In this document: positions 29,399-38,352 of the stretch, piece after piece
Numbering within the stretch: the first letter of the stretch is position 1
Layout of the letters: each line of letters opens with the position of its first letter
Source: Polyangiales bacterium
Lineage (GTDB): Bacteria > Myxococcota_A > Polyangia > Polyangiales > Polyangiaceae
Assembly (NCBI GenBank): GCA_038231275.1
Contig: JBBRLQ010000012.1
Span: 128,001 to 192,000 of the forward strand
DNA length: 64,000 bases
Reading direction: 5' to 3'
The notes under the pieces: generated by a model
Told to the model about the DNA's origin: nothing
Database searches by the model: none
What the model saw: the letters and a program-made list of their open reading frames with translations, nothing else
Translations under genes and position numbers: made by a program

Positions 29399-29818
29399 AT
29401 GGGCTGCCTCTTCTGTGATCTCGCCGCCGGGACGAGTGATCGGCACGTCCTGTCGACCGAGCACGTCGCCGCGTTCCTCGACAAGAGCCCCCTCTTTCAC
29501 GGACACGTCCTCGTGGTCCCGAAGGCGCACGCGGAGACGCTCCTCGAGCTCCCCGACGCGCGGCTCGCGGACTTCTTCGGCGCGGTGAAGCGCGTCGCGC
29601 GCGCGGTCGAAGTGGCGACGGAGGCGAAGGGCACGTTCGTCGCCATGAACAACCGCGTCAGCCAGAGCGTGCCGCACCTTCACGTGCACGTGGTCCCGCG
29701 GACACCGAAGGATGGCCTCAAGGGGTTCTTCTGGCCGCGGAAGAAATACGCGTCCGACGAAGAAGCCGCAGCGTGCGCGCAGAAGATCCGCGACGAGCTC
29801 GCGCGCGACGCCGGATGA
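29399..29818 (+). CDS. HIT family hydrolase
   Basis: CLFC, GHVLVVPK, QSVPHLHVHVVPR histidine triad. Confidence 0.93.
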   Translation: MGCLFCDLAAGTSDRHVLSTEHVAAFLDKSPLFHGHVLVVPKAHAETLLELPDARLADFFGAVKRVARAVEVATEAKGTFVAMNNRVSQSVPHLHVHVVPRTPKDGLKGFFWPRKKYASDEEAAACAQKIRDELARDAG

Positions 29819-29821
29819 GCG

Positions 29822-30370
29822 TCAGCCGCGGCCGACGAGGGATTTGACGTCGATGTCGATGTTCTGGCGCTCGGCCACTTGTGCCATCGCTTCGCGCACC
29901 TTGGCGAGCGACACCTCGCGGGGGACGTCGATCTGCGCCTCGAGGCGGAACAGCGGCGAGCCGGTGACGGGCGCGTTGTAGGCGAGCGTCTCGAGCGACA
30001 CGATGTTCACGCCGACCGCGTGCAGCGCCGACGAGACGGAGCGGACGAAGCCCTCGTGATCCAGGGCCTCGGCGACGACGAGGCACGGCACGGCGGGCGC
30101 GCGGCGGTGCTCGCTCGGGCTCTTCGTCGGCTTGGTGATGACGCTGAGGCCGGTCTTCGCTTCGAGCGTGCGCGCGTCGGCGGCGATCGTGGCGACCTCG
30201 TCGGGCGTGGCGGAGACGAGCGTGAAGATGCCGAACTCCGCGCCGAAGACGGCCATGCGGCTGTCTTCGATGTTGCCGCCGCGCTCGGTGATGAACGCGG
30301 TGACCTCGGCGACGAGGCCGGGGCGGTCGGGACCCAAAGCGGAGAGGACGAGATAGGAGTCGGACGCCAT
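29822..30370 (-). CDS. GcvR-like double ACT domain protein
   Basis: GPDRPGLVA...GGNIEDSRM and a second ACT repeat DHEGFV...VNI. Confidence 0.85.
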   Translation of the reverse strand: MASDSYLVLSALGPDRPGLVAEVTAFITERGGNIEDSRMAVFGAEFGIFTLVSATPDEVATIAADARTLEAKTGLSVITKPTKSPSEHRRAPAVPCLVVAEALDHEGFVRSVSSALHAVGVNIVSLETLAYNAPVTGSPLFRLEAQIDVPREVSLAKVREAMAQVAERQNIDIDVKSLVGRG

Positions 30371-30444
30371 TGCGCGAGAGTACCGAAAGAGCGCGCGCGA
30401 CGCTGCCTGGATCCTGCCGTGCGTTGCCGATAGCCTCGTCGCGA

Positions 30445-31395
30445 ATGACGCGAGGACCTTGGCGAGCTGCGGCCGCGGCCCTCGCAGGGCTGGCCGTCGC
30501 GGCGATCCAAGCGCCCGGCCCCGCGCGCGCCGACGTGAACGGTTACGCGGTCGGGCGCTTCGATCCGTCGGAGCGCGGGAGCACCTGGTTCGCCAGTGAA
30601 TCGCTCGATTTTCGCGGGCACCTGCGCCCGGCGGCGGGGTTGGTCACCGACTTCGCGACGCAGCCGCTCGTGGTGACCGGCGACGGCGGATCGCGTCAGG
30701 CGCTCGTCACCGATCAGCTCTTCGTACACCTCGGCGGCGCGTTCACGCTAGGCGATCGGGCGCGTGTCGGCATTTCTCTCCCAGTGGCGGTGCACGAGTC
30801 GGGGCACACCGTGCTCTTTGGCGGCCGCGATCTCCACGCGCCGCCACGATCGGACATCGGCGACGTGCGCCTCGGAACGGATCTCCGCCTGGTAGGCGCG
30901 TTTGGCGCTCCCTTCACGCTCGCGCTCGGCGCGCAGATCTATTTGCCGAGCGGGAGGCGCGACTCGTTCACGGGAGACGAGACGCTCCGCACGCACACCC
31001 GTGCGCTCGTCGCGGGAGAGATCGGCGCGCTCGTCTACGCGGCGCGCGCGGGTCTCATGTTCCGTCCGCTCGCGGCGCACTTCGCCGGCGCGGAGCTCGG
31101 CAGCGAGCTGACGTTCGGCGGCGCGGTCGGCACCAAGCTCGCCGGCGGGCGGGTCGTCCTCGGACCGGAGCTCTTCGGCAGCGCGGTCGTCACCGGGGCC
31201 GATGCGTGGCGCGCGCGAAAGACGCCCCTCGAGCTGCTCCTCGGCATCCACGGCGATCTGGTCGCCGACTGGCGCGCGGGCGTCGGAATCGGCGGGCATC
31301 TCACGGACGGCGAAGGTGCGCCGACCGTCCGCGTCGTCGCGTCGGTCGAGTGGGCGCCGGGTCCGAGCGCATCCGCAAGCACATCCGTGCCTTGA
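30445..31395 (+). CDS. Outer-membrane beta-barrel protein (barrel of myxobacterial OmpA-like proteins)
   Basis: Signal ARA, RFDPSERGS.WF, GDVRLG, amphipathic strands. Confidence 0.65.
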   Translation: MTRGPWRAAAAALAGLAVAAIQAPGPARADVNGYAVGRFDPSERGSTWFASESLDFRGHLRPAAGLVTDFATQPLVVTGDGGSRQALVTDQLFVHLGGAFTLGDRARVGISLPVAVHESGHTVLFGGRDLHAPPRSDIGDVRLGTDLRLVGAFGAPFTLALGAQIYLPSGRRDSFTGDETLRTHTRALVAGEIGALVYAARAGLMFRPLAAHFAGAELGSELTFGGAVGTKLAGGRVVLGPELFGSAVVTGADAWRARKTPLELLLGIHGDLVADWRAGVGIGGHLTDGEGAPTVRVVASVEWAPGPSASASTSVP

Positions 31396-31426
31396 CGCGG
31401 CGCGCGACGTGGCCAAGTTGTGGTCC

Positions 31427-32113
31427 ATGTGCCCCCGCTGCCACAAGAACGCGCCCATCGTGTATCGCGGCATGGCAGCGTACTGCACGGCGTGCGGCGC
31501 CCCGCGACTTCCCCTCGCGGCCAGCTCGGTGACGCTCGCCGGGAAGGGATCGAGGATCGGCGGCACCGTCGCGCGAGGCTTCGGGTGGGTCATCCTCGTC
31601 GGCGGCCTGTCGGTCGCGCTCATCATCGGCGCGTTTCTCCAGTGGGTCATCGAGGGAGGCGTCGCCGGCTACGCGATCGGCGGGCCGATCGCGTTCGCGT
31701 CGCTCGTCTTCGGCTACCTGCTCTTGAAGGGTGGCAAGTCCCTGCATCGGCAGGGCGCGGGCGAGGAGAAGGGTGCCCGCACGCGCGCGCTCTTTGCGCT
31801 CGCGCAGCACCGCAACGGGATGATCACGGCGATGGACGCCGCGCAGGCACTCGACATCTCGCCCGCCGACGCAGACGCGCTCCTCACCGATCTCGCGAAG
31901 ACGACGCCCGAGCAAGTGTCGCTCGAGCTCGACGACGCGGGCGGCATTTTCTTCCGCTTCCTGCAGTTCACCGGCGGGCTCGGCACCTGGCAAGGTCCGG
32001 CCGTCCGCGTCGACGCGGGCGTCGCACCTACGCGCGTCGCGGCGACCGGGGTTCCCCAAGAGGTCGAATTGCTCGAGGCCGAAGTCATCCCGCCCGCGCG
32101 CCAACAGCGATGA
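31427..32113 (+). CDS. Zinc-ribbon membrane protein, hypothetical
   Basis: CPRC...CTACG, two TM helices, winged-helix-like C-terminus; TTGACG-N16-CAAGTT upstream. Confidence 0.7.
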   Translation: MCPRCHKNAPIVYRGMAAYCTACGAPRLPLAASSVTLAGKGSRIGGTVARGFGWVILVGGLSVALIIGAFLQWVIEGGVAGYAIGGPIAFASLVFGYLLLKGGKSLHRQGAGEEKGARTRALFALAQHRNGMITAMDAAQALDISPADADALLTDLAKTTPEQVSLELDDAGGIFFRFLQFTGGLGTWQGPAVRVDAGVAPTRVAATGVPQEVELLEAEVIPPARQQR

Positions 32114-33162
32114 CCCTTCGCTCGTTCGCGCTCGCGCTCGCGCTCGCCGCGTGCACGAAGGGCTCTCCGACCGCGACGCCGACGCCGACCGCGACGCCGA
32201 CGCCGACTCCGACGCCGACGCCGACTCCGACGCTGACTCCGACTCCGACTCCGACTCCGACTCCGACTCCGACTCCGGCCCGCCCTCCGCTGTCCGGCGC
32301 CGAGGCCGACGCCGCTCTCTTCCCCGACGCGCCCGGTCAGGCCTCCACTCGCGAGCGCCTCTGCCCGCCGAACGCGCAGGATCGCGTCCTCTGCCTGCTC
32401 GACGTTCGCTACGCCTCCGACGCGTCTGCGCGGACGATCGCGCACGACCTCTATTCGAAGTACGGAATCCTTGCGGGCCTCGAGCGCGATCACTTCGAGG
32501 AGATGAGCTGGCGCGGCCGCATCCATATCGTGCCGGAGGCGCCGCTCGGAAAGTACCGCACGCACCTCGACTGGCTCGCCTCTGCCGCGAAGGAGTTCGA
32601 GGAGCTCTTCACCGCGCTCGATCCGGACCACTCCGTCGCGTTCCGGTACGAGTGGCATCCGTTCACGCTTCGCTACTTTCGCAGCGTCGATCGGACGACG
32701 CCGTCAGCCTACGCCGCGTTCGACACGTGGATGATCGCGTACAACGTCGTGGGCTCGCTCAACACGTCCGAGCAGGGCGTGCACGAGCTCTTCTTCCACG
32801 AGCTCTTTCACCGCAACGATGGCGACGATTCGCACTGGAGCGAGCGCGTGCTCGGGCCGCTCTACCGGACGATCACCGCCAAGTGCGGCACGCGCATCCC
32901 GTGCCTCACACCGTACACGCCGACCACCACGACCGTGCGCGGCGGGACGTACTACGCGTTCCAGCCCGAGGACTACAACCCGGTGCACGAGTACGCGGCG
33001 GAGCTCGCGATCCGCTGGTACCGCGAGCATCGCGCGATCACGAAGAAGCTGCCGCGCGTCGCGCCGTTCAAGTGCGGCCCGCCCGAGAACGCGCAGGCGT
33101 GGAAGCTCATCGTCGACGAGTTCTTCGGCGGCGTCGATCGCGTTCCAGCGTGCGGCGGCTGA
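32110..33162 (+). CDS. Lipoprotein with (TP)n linker and HEXXH zincin-like motif
   Basis: LAAC lipobox; HELFH with a downstream EYAAE; ATGA overlap. Confidence 0.72.
   Translation: MTLRSFALALALAACTKGSPTATPTPTATPTPTPTPTPTPTLTPTPTPTPTPTPTPARPPLSGAEADAALFPDAPGQASTRERLCPPNAQDRVLCLLDVRYASDASARTIAHDLYSKYGILAGLERDHFEEMSWRGRIHIVPEAPLGKYRTHLDWLASAAKEFEELFTALDPDHSVAFRYEWHPFTLRYFRSVDRTTPSAYAAFDTWMIAYNVVGSLNTSEQGVHELFFHELFHRNDGDDSHWSERVLGPLYRTITAKCGTRIPCLTPYTPTTTTVRGGTYYAFQPEDYNPVHEYAAELAIRWYREHRAITKKLPRVAPFKCGPPENAQAWKLIVDEFFGGVDRVPACGG
32167..32277 (+). repeat. Hexanucleotide tandem repeat encoding (TP)n
   Basis: Includes 7 perfect ACTCCG copies at 32236-32277. Confidence 0.95.
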
Positions 33163-33169
33163 CACTCCG

Positions 33170-34129
33170 TCACTGACAGGTGCAGACGAGACCTAGCGCG
33201 CATGGCAGGAGGCTAGCGGTCTTGCAGGTCTTACCGCCACAACACTCCGAGTTCGCGGCGCACGACTCTCCCTGACACTTGGTGCCCCCCGGGCACTCGC
33301 ACCCGTCGTCGAGCGTGCCGTTGCAATTCGCGTTCGGTCCGATGCACGCGTAGAGACACTTGGCGGGGTTCTGGGAGGTGTCGCATGACGCGCCGGTGTG
33401 AGCGCCGCCGTCGCATGCGTTGGTGCAGCTGCCGCATGTGGCGACGCTGCCGAGGTTGGCTTCACAGCCGTTGTCGTGCTGCGTGTCGCAGTCATCGAAG
33501 CCGTCGTTGCACTTGTATTGGCACGTGCGCCCCTCGCACGAGGGGGTCTGGTAGCTCCCCGCGTCGCAGGTCTTGCCACACCCGCCGCAGTTGCGCGGGT
33601 CCTTGTCGATGTCCGCGCAGGTCGACGGCGGGCAGTAGGTCCCGGCATCGCCGCACGACGCGCCGCAGGTGCCGCTGAGCATGCACACCCCGCCATCGCA
33701 CGTGGTGTTGCAGCCGCCGCAGTTCTGCCCATCGCCCGACTTCGTGTCCACCTCGCAGCCGTTGGATGCGTCCTTGTCGCAGTCGGTCCACTTGTCGTCG
33801 CACGTGTACACGCACGAGGCGTCCGGGAAATCACAGAGGGACTTCGTGTGCGGCGGGCCTGGACACGGGTCGCACATGGGCGCGGGCGCCCCGCAGCCGT
33901 GACCCGGGTCGCTGACGCTGGCGCACGCGATGCCACAGCGCTTCTTGTCATCAGGACACGGGGCGTCGGGGTCGATCGTCATCGAGCCACCGTCACCCGG
34001 CCCGTCCGAGAGCGTCGCGTCGGCGCCGCCGTCGTCGGGCGGCGCGAACGATACCTTGGGGAACGAGCACGCGGCGGCGGCGACGAGCGCGCTCAGCGCG
34101 ACGGCAGCCGCGATGCGACGGCGATTCAC
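33170..34129 (-). CDS. Cys-rich repeat lipoprotein (STIG1-like D..NCGGC repeats)
   Basis: AAAC lipobox; repeated NCGGC and DCD...NGCE motifs; GTGA overlap with the upstream gene. Confidence 0.82.
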   Translation of the reverse strand: MNRRRIAAAVALSALVAAAACSFPKVSFAPPDDGGADATLSDGPGDGGSMTIDPDAPCPDDKKRCGIACASVSDPGHGCGAPAPMCDPCPGPPHTKSLCDFPDASCVYTCDDKWTDCDKDASNGCEVDTKSGDGQNCGGCNTTCDGGVCMLSGTCGASCGDAGTYCPPSTCADIDKDPRNCGGCGKTCDAGSYQTPSCEGRTCQYKCNDGFDDCDTQHDNGCEANLGSVATCGSCTNACDGGAHTGASCDTSQNPAKCLYACIGPNANCNGTLDDGCECPGGTKCQGESCAANSECCGGKTCKTASLLPCALGLVCTCQ

Positions 34130-35148
34130 GGCAGGATCCATTCCGCGGAGAGGCCGCTGGCGCTTCCGAGCATCGGGCGCAAGGTGAGGCCGGTTTTGCG
34201 AGGCGGCGGCGGCGCAGAGGGGCTCGTGACGACGAGCGCGAAGCCGGTGCCGGTCGCGACGATCCCGACGGCGCCGAAGACGTTGACCAAGAGGGACGCG
34301 AGCTTCCCGCGATCCACAGTCGACTGGAGCGAGGACGGGCACGCCGAGCGGTCCGTGCACTTGTCGTTGAGCTCGCCCAGCGCCGACTGCCGGACTCCGA
34401 GCGAGATGCCCGCGCCGACGAGCGAGGCCACGCCGACGCCGAAGGTCACCCACCCGACGAGCCTTCGCCCCGAGTTGGGGTCGTCGACCTCGGAGCGAGC
34501 GGCCACGGGAGGGGGCGGAGGCCCGTCGCTCGCCAAGCGAAGCTTCACGCGGCGCGAGTCGCCGTCGAGCACGATCATGCTCTGCACGTCCGTCGCTTTC
34601 GCGCGCGTCCTCTCCGCCTGGATGGTGTACGCGCCTGGATCGCGCTCGAGCTCGGTGCCGAGGAGGGCCAACGGGAGCGTCTCGCCATTCACACGGATCA
34701 CGAGATCGTCGAGCTCCGCGCGCGGCACCTCACGGCCATTGCGCACTCCCACCACATCGATCGTGATCTTGGCGACGAGCGGCGCCAGGCGATCCGCGGC
34801 GCTCTGCGCTTCGGCCGCCCAGCCCTGGTATTTCGGATCCGTCGTCGTCACGAGCGCGCGCTTGAGATCCAGCCACGATCGTCGCGCGGCCGCGGGGTGA
34901 CGAAGCTCCTCCTCGCACTCGGCGAGGTTGCGGACGCTGCCGAGGCCCGATGGGTAGATCGTGACCGCCTTCTTGAAGAGGATCACCGCGTCCGCGCAGT
35001 CGTGCTTGGCGCGAAAATCGCGACCGCGCGCGAAGAGGTCCTTCGCGTCCGACTCGGCATCGGCGCGCGCGGAGGCAGGCGCGAGAAGGCAGAGGGCCAT
35101 CAGCGCGGCGGCGAATCGAGATGCGAAGGTGTCGGGGGAATGGGGCAT
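34126..35148 (-). CDS. Secreted TPR + PEGA-like protein
   Basis: ARA signal, TPR helices, VNG...DPGAYTI, Pro linker, two hydrophobic helices flanking C....C. Confidence 0.78.
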   Translation of the reverse strand: MPHSPDTFASRFAAALMALCLLAPASARADAESDAKDLFARGRDFRAKHDCADAVILFKKAVTIYPSGLGSVRNLAECEEELRHPAAARRSWLDLKRALVTTTDPKYQGWAAEAQSAADRLAPLVAKITIDVVGVRNGREVPRAELDDLVIRVNGETLPLALLGTELERDPGAYTIQAERTRAKATDVQSMIVLDGDSRRVKLRLASDGPPPPPVAARSEVDDPNSGRRLVGWVTFGVGVASLVGAGISLGVRQSALGELNDKCTDRSACPSSLQSTVDRGKLASLLVNVFGAVGIVATGTGFALVVTSPSAPPPPRKTGLTLRPMLGSASGLSAEWILP

Positions 35149-35163
35149 CGTGCGTTGGAGGGA

Positions 35164-35199
35164 GGGGGTGAGCGGGGGAAGCGGGGGAAGCGGGGGAAG
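35164..35199 (+). repeat. G-tract tandem repeat, (AGCGGGGGA)x3
   Basis: Four G5 runs at 35164, 35174, 35183 and 35192. Confidence 0.85.
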
Positions 35200-35210
35200 G
35201 CGCAGAGTCG

Positions 35211-36602
35211 TCAGAATACCTCGCTTTGGTTTCCTGTTTTTCCCGGCGTGGGTACAGGCGCGGGGGCGGGCGGCCGGGGTGGTGGGGGCGGAAGCGGAAG
35301 GGGCGCGATCGTCGACGCCGTGGGAATGGGCACGGCCACGGGGGAGGTCGTCCCTCCGCCGCCAGGGCGCGGAACGCCTGACCGCGGCGGCGGCGCGATC
35401 GGGGGCCCGCTGGCGGCCACGGTCGGAATGGGATCGGGCGCGATCGCCACGGTCGGCACCGCGACGGGCTGCACTTCGGCGTTCGACGCTCCACCGCTCG
35501 CGCGCGGGAGCTCCGTCGACGGCATCGGCGCGCCGCCGTTCAGCGGGCGCGGAGAGAGCGCGAGCTTCGCGCCGATCGCGACGACGACGAGGCCCACGGC
35601 GAGCCCCGCGACCACACCGACGCGGCTCCGCGCGATGGGGGTCGGGCTCATCGACACGGCGAGTTTTCCTTGCGTCGCCACCTCGTCGGTCCGAGGGCCT
35701 CGATCGACGGACGACGGCATCGGCCCATCGGGCACGCCGGACAGCGCGGCGAACTCGCTCGCCAGCTCGTCGGCGGTCTGGAAGCGATCGGTGATGCGTT
35801 CGGCCAGCGCGCGCTCGAACAGCGCGTGGATCTCTGGCCCGAGACCTCTCCTGCGATCGCCGATCGGCACGACATCGTTCGTGCATACCGCGACGAAGAC
35901 GTCCTCCGCGGTCTCTCCCTCGAAGGGGATGGTGCCGGTAAGCCCCTCGTATGCGACGACGCCTAGCGCCCACACGTCGCAGCGATGATCGAGGTGCGGA
36001 AGGCCGCGCGCTTGCTCGGGGCTCATGTAGCTGGGCGTCCCGAGCACGACGCCGCGCGCGGTCGACGTCGGCGAACGCTTGGCGTCTCCGCGGATCGCGC
36101 GCGCGATGCCGAAGTCGAGGAGCTTGACGACCATGCGCCCCTCTTCGTCGGTCGTGAGGAACACGTTCGCGGGCTTCAGGTCGCGATGGAACACGCCCTC
36201 GACATGGGCGAGAGCGAGCCCTCGCGCACACTGCGACACGATCGTCTGGAGCGTCGTGAGCGGGACCGCGCCGCGCTGGAACCGGTCCTCGAGCGACTCC
36301 CCCTCGAGGCGCTCCATCACGAGGTATGGAACGCCCCCCTCTTCCCCGTGATCCGTGACGCGCACGATGTGCCGACTCTTGCGGGAGAGGCGGGCGGCGA
36401 CCTGCGCCTCGAAGAGGAAGCGAGACAGGGACTTCTCAGCGTCCTCGCCGCCGCTCTCTTGCCGGAGAAACTTGATGGCGACGTGCTCGCCGAGCGTCAT
36501 GTGCGTGGCGAGCCAGACCTCCCCCATGGCGCCGCGGCCGAGGAGGCGGTCCAGCCGGTACCGGCCGGCGACCGTTGCACCAACCTCCACCTCGAAGCTC
36601 AC
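35211..36602 (-). CDS. Membrane Ser/Thr protein kinase
   Basis: GRGAMGEV, VAIK, HRDLKPAN, DFG, GTPSYMSPE; TM helix and Pro-rich tail ending SEVF. Confidence 0.94.
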   Translation of the reverse strand: MSFEVEVGATVAGRYRLDRLLGRGAMGEVWLATHMTLGEHVAIKFLRQESGGEDAEKSLSRFLFEAQVAARLSRKSRHIVRVTDHGEEGGVPYLVMERLEGESLEDRFQRGAVPLTTLQTIVSQCARGLALAHVEGVFHRDLKPANVFLTTDEEGRMVVKLLDFGIARAIRGDAKRSPTSTARGVVLGTPSYMSPEQARGLPHLDHRCDVWALGVVAYEGLTGTIPFEGETAEDVFVAVCTNDVVPIGDRRRGLGPEIHALFERALAERITDRFQTADELASEFAALSGVPDGPMPSSVDRGPRTDEVATQGKLAVSMSPTPIARSRVGVVAGLAVGLVVVAIGAKLALSPRPLNGGAPMPSTELPRASGGASNAEVQPVAVPTVAIAPDPIPTVAASGPPIAPPPRSGVPRPGGGGTTSPVAVPIPTASTIAPLPLPPPPPRPPAPAPVPTPGKTGNQSEVF

Positions 36603-36631
36603 GGCGCCCCAAAGTGAGCTAGATTGTCAGC

Positions 36632-36940
36632 GTGGGGGAAGACCGATCCAAGCCGGCGGCGCAACGACGGGCTTCGGAGCCGCCGAACGAGTCCAACTTC
36701 GCGCTCGCCGTCGGCGACGCGATCCGTCGCGCTCGTCAAGAGCTCGGCGTCACGCAGGCCGAGCTCGCGGACCGCGCCGGGCTCTCGGCGAACTACGTCG
36801 CTCGGCTGGAGCGCGGCGAGCTCGGGCCGTCCCTGTGGGTCGCGTGCCGTCTTTCGGAAGCGCTCCAGATCCACGTCGAGTCCCTCGTGTCCGGAAAGAG
36901 TACCCCGCGCCGCACGGGCAAGCGACGCATCGACTCGTAA
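36632..36940 (+). CDS. XRE-family HTH transcriptional regulator
   Basis: IRRARQELGVTQAELADRAGLSANYVARLERG. Confidence 0.9.
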   Translation: MGEDRSKPAAQRRASEPPNESNFALAVGDAIRRARQELGVTQAELADRAGLSANYVARLERGELGPSLWVACRLSEALQIHVESLVSGKSTPRRTGKRRIDS

Positions 36941-37135
36941 GCCCATCCTATCCCGATAAGGATAGCACGCGAGAAGCGCACCTCCGCAAGGATCCCTGAA
37001 TAGGCGTGCTTCCGGGGCCTTGAGCGGACCATGGGCGCCAATTTCCCTTGTGCTTGCCACAGGTAGGCGCGAGCGTATCGTGGATCTTGTCCCGCACGAA
37101 CGGGGTTCGCGGACTTCGCGGAGGGAGGGGGCTGA

Positions 37136-38347
37136 ATGTCGATGAACGAGACCCTGCCGCCGCCGCATTCGGAGCCGGGGGGCGAGCGAGAGCGCAGCGC
37201 ACGGGTCCTGATCGCCGACGACGACATCGGAGTCGCGCGTTCGTTGAACCGACTCCTCACCGCGGCCGGCTACGAGGTGACGCTCGCGCCCGACGGGGCG
37301 AAGGCCGCGGACGCGCTGATGCAGGGCCACTTCGACGTCATCCTCAGCGACATCCGCATGCCCAACATGACCGGCGTCGAGCTGCTCAGCCTCGTGCGCG
37401 CATACGATCTCGATGTGCCGGTGATCCTCATGACCGGCGATCCGAGCTTGCAGACCGCGGTCGAGGCGCTGCGCCTCGGCGCGATGGAATACATCACGAA
37501 GCCGTGGGAGAACGACGCGCTCCTGGCCGCCGTACGCCGCGCCGACAAGCTCCACGCGCTCGCGCGCCTCAAGCGCGAGGCGATGAAGGTGATGGGTGAG
37601 CGAGGAGACGTCGCCGGGGACATCGCGGGGTTGACCGTCGCCTTCGAGCGTACCCTCCAGACGCTCTTCCTCGCGTTCCAGCCGATCGTCTCGCACAAGT
37701 CGCGCACGGTGATCGGGCAGGAGTGCCTGCTGCGCAGCCGCGATCGCGCGCTCCCCACGACGGCGAGCGTCCTCGACGCGGCACAGCGCCTGGAGCGGCA
37801 CCACGATCTCGGCCGCCGCATTCGGCTCGTCGCCGCCGAGACGCTGTCCACGCGCCCGCCGCCCGACGGCGCGCTCCTCTTCTTGAACATCGACCCGAAG
37901 GATCTCCTGGATTCGGATCTCTTCAGCCGCGAGGCGCCGCTCTCGGAGCACGCGTCGCGCGTCGTCCTCGAGATCACGGAGCGCGCGTCGCTCAGCGGCA
38001 TCGTCGACATCCGCCTGCGGATCGCCGATCTGCGCGCGCGAGGGTTCCGCATCGCGCTCGACGATCTCGGCGCCGGCTACGCGGGCCTCTCCAGCCTCGC
38101 GATCCTCGAGCCTGATTTCGTGAAGCTGGATCTCAGCCTGGTGCAGGATCTCGGCGCGTCGCCGGTGCGGCAGAAGCTCGTGGGCGGCATCATCAGCACG
38201 TGCCGGGACCTCGGCATGCGCGTCATCGCCGAAGGGATCGAGCGCCGCGAGGACCGCTTCTTCCTCGCCGAGCTCGGGTGCGAGCTGATGCAAGGCTTCC
38301 TCTTCGCGGTCCCCGGTCTCCCTTACCCGTCTCCTACCTGGGAGTGA
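37136..38347 (+). CDS. Response regulator with REC + EAL domains
   Basis: IADDD, SDIRMP and KP in REC; FQPIV, ECLLRS, LEITE, DDLGAGY, KLD, AEGIE and QGF in EAL. Confidence 0.9.
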   Translation: MSMNETLPPPHSEPGGERERSARVLIADDDIGVARSLNRLLTAAGYEVTLAPDGAKAADALMQGHFDVILSDIRMPNMTGVELLSLVRAYDLDVPVILMTGDPSLQTAVEALRLGAMEYITKPWENDALLAAVRRADKLHALARLKREAMKVMGERGDVAGDIAGLTVAFERTLQTLFLAFQPIVSHKSRTVIGQECLLRSRDRALPTTASVLDAAQRLERHHDLGRRIRLVAAETLSTRPPPDGALLFLNIDPKDLLDSDLFSREAPLSEHASRVVLEITERASLSGIVDIRLRIADLRARGFRIALDDLGAGYAGLSSLAILEPDFVKLDLSLVQDLGASPVRQKLVGGIISTCRDLGMRVIAEGIERREDRFFLAELGCELMQGFLFAVPGLPYPSPTWE

Positions 38348-38352
38348 CGCCG

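Noticed and set aside
36941..37135. Possible c-di-GMP riboswitch upstream of the REC-EAL gene
   Set aside because: I could not find the GEMM-type conserved elements; only a short CTATCC/GGATAG stem (36948-65) and a plausible sigma70 promoter are visible.
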